From assembly GCA_013239625.1 (NCBI GenBank), contig MU054187.1:8342358-8406357 (forward strand): a stretch of 64,000 nucleotides of DNA, in the 5' to 3' direction. Below are positions 1 through 8,820 of this stretch, one piece after another. Under the pieces are notes generated by a model. It worked only from the letters and a program-made list of their open reading frames with translations. It did no database searches and was not told where the DNA came from. Made by a program: the position numbers and the translations under genes. Numbering within the stretch: the first letter of the stretch is position 1; the number at the start of each line of letters is the position of its first letter. Source of the DNA: Lama guanicoe (Eukaryota).

Positions 1-1782
1 ATTGAATCTCAGGCAGTTATTTTGGAAAAATACCGCTGGGCCCCTTTTCCTCCTTTCCAGGTGAAAATTCAGACGTCTCTGCGTCGTCCTCACCCCTCCT
101 TTATGAAATAAGGCGTCCAACTGTTCTGATATTACCATTCAAAAACAGGTTCTGTGGCGGACCTCATTTGTGAATCTATTACAGAGATTAATAGATTATT
201 TCTCCTTTTTCAACTAATTCTCAGTGGGGAAATTTAACCATATGGTAAGGAGAGAATTAGAATTTCATCACATTAGAGCAAAATGTAATGAAAAGAGTCC
301 AACACCTGGGGCCAACTCTGATAGCCACAATTAAAAGGTTTTTAATGAAACCAGAGAAACCAAAAATTTCATAGGCTTCAGTAATTCTGCCACATAAGAA
401 AGATTTACTGGAGGTGTTGGGAAATATTGTTTTTCTTATGTCATAAGGATGAAAACCAGCCGCTAAATACCATGTGCTCCCAGACACAGGACACAGGAGC
501 CGGAGGACCGTGTGTACCATCTCCCATCCGGAGAGGCGCACTTGTTTTCACACTTCTTCCTTCGCTCTCCCTCCAAGAACAACCAAGGCAGACCCAGATG
601 TCCCTGAATGGCTTCCTAGCTGTGGCGGCTACGTTTCCGGGTAAATAAATATGCACGAATACCCACTTGGTGTGTGAGAGGCTTTGACTCCTGGTGAAGT
701 TGAACTATTTTGAAACAATTAGATTTTAATGTTGAGGAAAGTTTGAGCAATCAGTTTCTTCCTGATTAGGAAATCGTGTGCTTCATAACCACCATCCCTA
801 TAGCCGATTTGTAGAGTGCTGCAAAAGCACCCCCTCCCCTTTAAAAAAAAATAATCTAATGGGCTGCATAATCCACCTGCTTTTCCTTTTCTCCCCCCCT
901 CCCCCGACAATCCGGGCAGGAAGTGGGCAATTGGGGGCGGGGGCGGCATAAGGCAGTGTGTTCTAGGGGCGGGGGGCGACCGCTTTACTCTCTCACTAGC
1001 TGAGAATCTTGGGCGAAAATTTTTGGGCAAGCCAGCGGGGACGCCACTTCCCCTGAAAGTCCCATCTCCAAATCCAGACCAGAGTCATCCTAGGAACAGG
1101 GGTGGAGTATCAGTCTCCCCCGTAAGGGTCATGTAGCACAAGATGAGACAGCAGTGGCGAGGAAAGGGCCGTGGGGGATGGGGAGCGGGGGCGGGGGCGT
1201 CTGCTTTCCACGGGACTCCCAGGCTTCGCCGCCGATCTACAATTTGCTGAAGGAGCAAAGAACATCCTCGGCTCTAAGTAGGGCTTTTAGTGTGCTCATT
1301 GATGAGTGAAAGTCGCCACACATGTCAAGCTAAAGGCAGTTGTTGGGTTACTAACAGGACCCAGCGCCTTGCAAACATATGCGCTAAGCTGTGTATACAG
1401 ATGGCAGGCAGAATAATGGAGCAGGCGCCTTTTATAAAGCTCTAGCTGCTGCCTGTCTTCAGACTTGGGAAATGAAACTATTCAGACTCGCGGCCAGATA
1501 GCGCCTGCGATTGTTTGTTACCGTTTTAATCCTATTAATTAAAACGTTAACCTGATTGGGTAGAAAGCGCTGTCCCAACAGGCGACTCTTCTTCATAATA
1601 ACCTACTCAGAGATAATGATGTAAAAGACTCCCCCGTCTGTGGCTGCGGCTGGTTGATGGGTCCGGAAATCTCTTGAAGGTGAATCCAAGCAAGATAAAC
1701 GGTGCGGAGAGGAGGCGCGGGGCTGGGCTCAGAGCGGCGGCGGCGGCGGCGGCTCCACTCCCTCCGCGCCCACCCTCCCACC

Positions 1783-1806
1783 ATGCGGGGCCGCGGCCCA
1801 TGGTGA
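1783..1806 (+). promoter_or_regulatory. Short upstream ORF (MRGRGPW*) in the BHLHE22 leader
   Basis: CCCACC-ATG-C context (A at -3); ATG CGG GGC CGC GGC CCA TGG TGA. Requires the TSS to lie upstream of 1783. Confidence 0.55.
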
Positions 1807-2237
1807 GCCCCAGCAGCCAGCACCATCGGCTGGAGACGAAGAAGAAGAAGAAGAGGAGGCGGCGAGCGCGGGGGAAGGCGAAAAAGAAAAAGAAGGGGAG
1901 AGGGCTGCCAGCAGCACCGGGACCGACGCGCGCACCAGCCCCGGAGCCCGGCTCGGGCGCGTCTGCGGCGCCGCCTGACTCCCGAGCCGAGGCGGCGGCG
2001 GCGGCGGCCGGCGCGGCGGGCCCGGGCTGCAATGGAGCGCGGGCTGCACCTCGGCGCGGCCGCCGCGGGCGAAGACGACCTCTTCCTGCACAAGAGCCTG
2101 AGCGCCTCCACCGCCAAGCGCTTGGAGGCGGCTTTCCGCTCCACGCCCCCGGGCATGGACCTGTCCCTGGCGCCGCCGCCTCGGGAGCGCCCGGCGTCCT
2201 CCTCGTCGTCGCCGCTGGGCTGCTTCGAGCCGGCTGA
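1800..2237 (+). other. Out-of-frame upstream ORF overlapping the BHLHE22 start (145 aa, K/R-rich N-terminus)
   Basis: ATG at 1800 (CCC-ATG-G) in the frame of track ORF 1674..2237. Reads [34 protein letters not shown]... and stops at 2237, 206 nt into the main CDS. Translation unproven. Confidence 0.4.
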
Positions 2238-3153
2238 CCCCGAGGGGGCAGGGCTGCTGTTGCCGCCGCCCGGGGGAGGCGGCGGCGGCGGCGCGGGAGG
2301 CGGCGGCGGCGGGATGGGCGTCCCCGGGCTGCTCGTGGGCTCGAGCGGCGTTGGGGGCGACCCTAGCCTGAGCAGCCTGCCGGCCGGGACCGCCCTGTGC
2401 CTCAAATACGGCGAGAGCGCCAGCCGGGGCTCGGTGGCCGAGAGTAGCGGCGGCGAGCAGAGCCCCGACGACGACAGCGACGGCCGCTGCGAGCTAGTGC
2501 TGCGGGCCGGAGGCGCCGACCCGCGGGCCTCCCCGGGCGCGGGAGGCGGCGGCGCCAAGGCGGCCGAGGGCTGCTCCAACGCCCACCTCCACGGCGGCGC
2601 CAGCGCCCCCCCGGGGGGCCCGGGCGGCGGCGGCAGCGGCGGGGGAAGCAGCGGCAGTGGTGGCAGTGGTGGCGGCGGCAGCGGCGGCAGCGGCGGCGGC
2701 AGCAGCAGCAAGAAGTCCAAAGAGCAAAAGGCGCTGCGGCTCAACATCAACGCCCGGGAGCGCCGGCGGATGCACGACCTGAACGACGCGCTGGACGAGC
2801 TGCGCGCGGTGATCCCCTACGCGCACAGCCCCTCGGTGCGGAAGCTCTCCAAGATCGCCACGCTGCTGCTGGCCAAGAACTACATCCTCATGCAGGCGCA
2901 GGCCCTGGAGGAGATGCGGCGCCTCGTCGCCTACCTCAACCAGGGCCAGGCCATCTCGGCCGCCTCGCTGCCCAGCTCCGCTGCGGCGGCGGCGGCGGCC
3001 GCTGCCCTGCATCCGGCGCTCGGCGCCTACGAGCAGGCTGCCAGCTACCCGTTCAGCGCCGGGCTGCCCCCGGCCGCCTCCTGCCCGGAGAAGTGCGCCC
3101 TGTTCAATAGCGTCTCCTCCAGCCTCTGCAAACAGTGCACGGAGAAGCCTTAA
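2032..3153 (+). CDS. BHLHE22: Class E basic helix-loop-helix protein 22 (Bhlhb5/Beta3), single coding exon, 373 aa
   Basis: Olig-family bHLH domain [53 protein letters not shown]-terminus [23 protein letters not shown] and C-terminus [23 protein letters not shown] match BHLHE22. Strong Kozak (G at -3 and +4). Known synteny with CYP7B1. Confidence 0.99.
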   Translation: MERGLHLGAAAAGEDDLFLHKSLSASTAKRLEAAFRSTPPGMDLSLAPPPRERPASSSSSPLGCFEPADPEGAGLLLPPPGGGGGGGAGGGGGGMGVPGLLVGSSGVGGDPSLSSLPAGTALCLKYGESASRGSVAESSGGEQSPDDDSDGRCELVLRAGGADPRASPGAGGGGAKAAEGCSNAHLHGGASAPPGGPGGGGSGGGSSGSGGSGGGGSGGSGGGSSSKKSKEQKALRLNINARERRRMHDLNDALDELRAVIPYAHSPSVRKLSKIATLLLAKNYILMQAQALEEMRRLVAYLNQGQAISAASLPSSAAAAAAAAALHPALGAYEQAASYPFSAGLPPAASCPEKCALFNSVSSSLCKQCTEKP

Positions 3154-4830
3154 ACACTCTCCCCCGAAAAACACAAGACCGACCCCAAAGCTAGAGGAAA
3201 GTGAAAAGCTGCCCCCCTCCCCGGCCCCCTTTATTTGGTCCTCTGGTAGTTGTGAAACACTTGCAGAGCAAACAAAGCAGAGGCGAGAACTGAGAAGTAT
3301 CAGAGACAAACGGGACTTCTAGCCTTGACATCCTCAGAATCTCGGTCTTTGGGCTGGGGAGCGAGGGAGGAGGGAGGTGGAGTTGGGATGGAGAGTGTGG
3401 ATGTCTTTTTTCTAGGAAAAGTGGCAACTTTGGTGGCAGCCTCGACCGCGAGGAAGCAGAGTTTTCCATTAAGATTACAAATAAGTTGAGAAGTAGTCGT
3501 TATTAAGCGTGGAGAGTATTAAATGGCAAAATAGTAGTCCTACTGATAATTGTGAATTTGGCTAGTGCAGAGAGGGAGAGGAGTCCGGGGTTGGGTGGCT
3601 TGTGGGACGGAATATTCATTTAGACAAATCAGAAAGGGCACTTGAAAATAAATTTTGATTCTGAGCCAGGAGAAAAACTTGAAATGTAGATTTATTTAAG
3701 TGGAAAAAAAAACAAAAACAAAGAGACACGTTGCTATGAAAGACTTGTATTTTTTATTGTCTCTGAACTTTAATCCTGTGAAACTGCTCAAAAGTTTTGG
3801 CAAGAGTGATATAAAAAAACTGACTGTGGCTGAAAGAATTGCATTTAAAAATATTTATGTGCACCTTGTTACTTTCCACTCTGCAATGATGTATTAACAA
3901 TTCATGGTATTTATTTGTTATTCTTCAATGACCCTTCCACACCAACAGTATTTATCATGTGTTAAGGTCATGGGTCTTATGTGCAGATTTTTTTTAATGA
4001 CTCTAAAATTCTGTTTTATAGATTAACTTATATTGTGTGCCAAGTGTTTAAAGGGTTTATTTGCCAACAAGTATGAAGAGACATATTGATGTATCTGAGC
4101 TGCTTAGGTTTATCAAAGGTCACCTGGATATCTTCAGTTGCATCATCCCTGTATTTAAATTGAGCTTTAATAAATTGCTTCAGTCCAAAAATTACAGGAA
4201 AGGTGTATTCTTAATTGATGAATGAATTGATCTCTTTTTTGAAAGGGGACTCCTTTGCATTCTAAAAAGGAAAGACATCACAGCAATAGATCCTTTAAGA
4301 ACATGCTAAGCAAATATTTTTCCAGGCTGTGCTGTGCATTTTTAAAAGGTCTAATTTAATTGCTTTTAATGTATATGTACATATATAAGTTATTTTAACT
4401 GTGGAGAGTTATTTAAGTTGAAAGGCTGGTTTGATTTGCCTATGGTGTGAAATCCTTTGTTATTTTTCTAAAAAAGTAAAATTTAAAAAGAAATAAAACT
4501 AAGGAAGAGCAAGAAGCTATTTACCCAAAGTGAGCTTTCAGTTTTAGTTTGCATGGCTGTTTGCCTGCCTTTCTATCCTATGAAAATCAAGAAAACCTTT
4601 TTTTAAAAATGGAGTCCTGCTATTTTCCACTCCTTGCAGATAATACAAATTCAGTTTGTCAGGATGGATGGTGAGTGGGAGCTATGATGGATCTATTGGC
4701 GGGTTTTGGATGTGTAAAGAATGATATATATATTAAATAGGTCAATCAGACTATGACAGCTATGTACGACCATTTGTATGTGTATCTATGTCAGAAAGAA
4801 TCTTTATTAAAATATTTTGATCAAACATTT
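3154..4830 (+). other. BHLHE22: BHLHE22 3' UTR (approximate end)
   Basis: AU-rich, repeat-free sequence after the stop. Candidate poly(A) signals AATAAA 4169, AATAAA 4492 and ATTAAA 4806. Confidence 0.6.
4806..4811 (+). terminator. Candidate polyadenylation signal of BHLHE22
   Basis: ATTAAA preceded by several TGTA elements (4763-4785) and followed by U/GU-rich TTTTATTATGCTGTGCTTTGTGG. Confidence 0.5.
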
Positions 4831-5799
4831 TATTATGCTGTGCTTTGTGGAAGGAGCAATCACCTCTCTTCTGTGTTACTCTTTGCTTGAAAGGTAACAA
4901 AAAAGAAAGGAGTTTCAGAGAAGGTGGAACTAAAGTTTTGTAGGGTTACACAATTAGGAGCAGCCCTAGTTCACTGTTTACTTGCTAAAGGACCATGGCT
5001 GGGCCTGGTCATTGGAGGAGAGATAAATGGGGTCAGTGGTGAGACCCAGAGGAGGTCCAGAGCTCCTGTCTGCTGGCATGAACTTTGAAAGGCCTGCTCC
5101 CCCTGGAATTCTTTTCCCACTTTGTATGGCATTGTTAAACATGCCAGGGCACATCAAAGAGGGTGACGTTTCTTAAAGAGATTTTATCAAAAATTTTATC
5201 TCCAACTTCCTGAAAAAATTTGGATTTGCTAAGGATGAATTGGATTGTGGCTTTACCCTTTTATTATGTGACAGAAGAATCAACCAGGTTGAATTATATA
5301 TGTAAACAATGCCCACAGAGATTTTAAAACGTTCTAATATTGCTTGTTAATGAGATTTTTTTTTTAGGTAGTATGTTTGGATTGGATTGGGCATTGATTC
5401 TATTAAAAAATGTCTGTATAGGCTTGTATTTGGACTTTAGTAATGCCCTCACATTTAGGTTTGGTTTTTGTAGTGAAGGTGATGGAGTTGGTGGTGGTGA
5501 AGTTACAGCGTTTCCTCTGTGGGCAGTTTGCTCCACGCTTTTTGGTCTGTATGGCCTCAGCTCATAATGATATCCCTAAACGCCATCAAACTTAGTGGGG
5601 GGTGAGGGAGGATGTTTTCTGCTCCACTTGCCATCAAAAAAGATTAATCAGAACCTGTAACTTTTCAGAAAACATAAGAGAAAGGGCCTTGAAGCTGCAG
5701 CCCTCCCAGTCTGGGAGTGGGGGTAGAGGCAGGGAAGAGACCAGGGCAGCCCCCAGGCAGGAGGAGACCCGTCTCTCAGCATTTACCAGACAAAGCCTG

Positions 5800-6190
5800 G
5801 GTGCGTCTAATTATGATTATTAAAACAATTTCCATGACGATGTCTAATATTATGTTAATTTGAAAACAACTGTGTATGAAAACTGTCGACTATAATACCT
5901 AAATTCATTTAATGAAACACATCGTTAAGGCAATTAAACCTCCTGGATGTGATTAAGAAACATAATTACGACACTGTTCTGCGCCATAATTGGGTGTCTT
6001 TAATCAAGGGGTAAAGTGATCAGCAACACAGCCATTAGTTTGTATTGTTCTGGCCCTGCTGTCCATCATTCTGATTAGGAATTAACCACAGCCACCATCA
6101 GTTGAATTTTTTTTTTCTTTTTGCATATTAACATTGTAGGGGACACATTTGCTGCAAGATTTACTGCTTAATATTTCTCATTATTAAGAA
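5800..6190. promoter_or_regulatory. Putative conserved non-coding enhancer downstream of BHLHE22
   Basis: Dense TAAT/ATTA homeodomain cores (several TAATTA/TAATTG) plus a SOX-like ATTGTT in non-repetitive sequence. Confidence 0.5.
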
Positions 6191-6649
6191 GGCCTCCTTG
6201 GAGTACTTCCTCTGCAACCTCTGTACTCTTCAAGTATTATTAGAAATTGTACAAATAAAAGAACTTGAACTTCAGGAGAAAAAGAAATGCTCACCCTCCT
6301 TTCACTCTTTAATAAGTCAGTCTCTTACCTTAGTCCTGAATGAAACTGGAGATGGATAACATGGGGGAAAGGAGAGGATGCCGAGAATAAGTTGAAACGT
6401 CTGACAAATATAGACAATTATTTAAAGTAGCAGGGTTAATAATATTTATTTTCATTTTGATAATTTCAGACAAATTAATTCTGTTTCCAAATCAAGCAGT
6501 TGACCAGCGTTTGTTTCTAGGAATAAATGTGGGTCATCTGAAAGGAACAAGAGAGGACTTTTTGGTGATTTACTTAAATGACCCTCCAGGCCTTGACCCT
6601 AGCCTTTTCAAAGTTTTTTCAGCATCAGTTTTTAGGGAAGGAAACCAAT

Positions 6650-7266
6650 GATTGGAGCGGCAATTCGCCCCCACCCCCACCCGGCGGATCCGGAACCCCT
6701 TTGGGGCGGGGGCGCTTGACCCGTAAGTTTCAGCCCAGAATGGAAAGTTGCCCCACACACTTGTGGGCCCTGATGGTCTTAGTCCACCTCGGACCGAGGT
6801 GGGACCGGGTGTCTGAACACCAAGAGATCAGTGTGTTCTTGCGGAAGTGCCCTTGGGCCAGAACCGTCAGCCTGGCCCTTAAAACTGCGGCGTCTGCCAG
6901 AGTACCTTGGTCCACTCTGCTCTGACACTGAACGCACCTTGGAGCGCTTCTCCCAGAAGCACGCCGCCCGGAGCATCCCGCTGTTCAAGATTTTTAGGGA
7001 ACTGACAGTGGGCAGAAGAGGCCAAACGAGAACCCAGAGTCCCACTTGGTCTTTTATTGCACCGGCTTCCTTTGCTAGTTTCTCTCTAATTTCAATTTCC
7101 TTCTCTGATTTCGAATTTCCACTTAGGTCTCATCTCCAGCTTAACATTGGGCATCTACAGAAGTGAAGTGTTGGGGCTTTTCCTGGACTGCAGGACCAGC
7201 AAATGATCATCTTCGGAGAGCTTACTAGTTACCCCTCCTCCCTCCCTGTGGTGCCTCTGTGTGTTC

Positions 7267-7301
<35 letters not shown>

Positions 7302-8820
7302 CGCAGCGCGCGCCCTGCGGTGCGCTCTCCCCTCTCCGCAGCTGGGCATCCCCTCCAAGACCCTGTGCTGAGCTTAAATTCCTCTCCCTTCTGTCTCATC
7401 CACCACCCATCCTTATTGACAACGGCTCACTAGGGAGGGCCAAGGCTCACAGGGTTCCCTTCACCCTGCACTCTCGAGCTCGGACACCGGAACCGAACCT
7501 TCCTACGCGCCCAGGACTCTGAGATTGCTCCAGCATGAGTGGCGTTGACTTTTCCAACGTAATGACTTATGAAAGATATAATCATGTGTTAAATTGAACC
7601 CTCCGTTTAACTGTTAATGGTGTGCTCTGGGCACATTTACGTATTAGATGCTATGGTAACTAATTACCACTAGGAAAAAGGATAATACACTTCCCAGACT
7701 TTGAAAAATAATGATGAGAGTTCACTTCCCGGCTCGCAGCACACGGTGGCGGCTCTGCCGGGCGGAGCAGCAGAGCGAGCGGAGACCCGAACGTGTGCTC
7801 ATGGTAGGCGGGAGGTAATGAATCCTGGTCAGGCGAGGCTCCTCAGTAACACCTTTAATGAAAATGTAATTCAGATGAGGAAGTGGGGGATGGGGAGGGT
7901 CAACTGTACAACGGTGCCTCTAAACAAAATTAAATTGCAAAACAAACATCAGAAGAATAAGTATTCTTTTAGTTAAATGCAGGTCGGCCTAAATTATCCA
8001 CGTGCCAAGCAACTTTATATCGATTAACATTTTTTTGTTGTGTGGGCAAAACAAACGAGCCGGTCTCCTTCGAGCTCTGCGTTGGCGCTTGTAACTTGGA
8101 TGCCCCGGGATTTGCCAAGCGAATGAGCATCAGGTTGATTCAAACTGGGCCTTTTAAATCAGACATTGGGCACAGTAGCCAGAAGGAAGGAAACAGGAGG
8201 GAAAACCAGACGACAGTAACTTTAAGAGTAAAGCAATTCTCAGGATAAGAGTTTCTTTCTCCTGCCGAATGTCTGGCTTTTCTGATCCGTTGATGTGTGT
8301 TTACTAGAACCAGGGTTCTGTGGGCTGTGCGAGATTGCCAGGTGTCTGTTCCGCCTCAAGGCCAGGGCCAGTATTTGTGCTGGGGACCTGGGAGGGCAGG
8401 AGGAAGGAGGGGAGGCCAGTCTGCCAGCCCCGAGTTACAGACAGAACCACGTCCACAACTCGCGTGCCCACCGCGCTACTCTGCTGGGGCTGCTGCCCGG
8501 GAGAGACTCGGGATCGCAGCCGAAGAGCATCCCTTCTCCTGGTGCTTCCTCTGGACTGGCGTTCTGGGCCTCTCCTGCGGGGCGCAAGGCTACCCGGCCT
8601 CCAAGTTCTTAGGGACAGAACGCGAACTTCAGGGACTCTGCCTCAAACTCTCTTTCGAGGGAGGCACCAGGATCAGGTTGTTCTCTGCAACCTCAGTGGC
8701 CTGGTGAGTTCACTCGCCGATGCCAGGCTTCTAAGAGGCACCCCCGCAGCCGCGCCAAACCTGAGAATTCTGCGAAAGCGCCCTAGTTTTAAACCTCCAG
8801 TTGCTCATCGCTTCCTAGCA
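6650..8820. promoter_or_regulatory. Downstream CpG-rich domain (cluster of small CpG islands)
   Basis: CpG-rich patches at ~6650-7000, 7260-7550, 7730-7840 and 8050-8820 with no credible coding ORF; typical of developmental TF loci. Confidence 0.6.
7267..7304. repeat. (GT)13(GC)6 compound microsatellite
   Basis: Read directly. Confidence 0.95.

Larger units (their letters stand above)
900..3150. promoter_or_regulatory. CpG island over the BHLHE22 promoter, leader and CDS
   Basis: Very high GC and CpG density, strongest at 1700-3150, with GC boxes (GGGGCGGGG near 933-975 and 1187-1197). TATA-like TTTATAAAG at ~1431-1439. The TSS cannot be fixed from sequence. Confidence 0.85.

Noticed and set aside
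1593..3309. Long antisense ORFs over BHLHE22 (385, 271, 141 and 120 aa)
   Set aside because: Expected shadows of a very GC-rich, stop-poor CDS and leader; low-complexity products with no recognisable domain.
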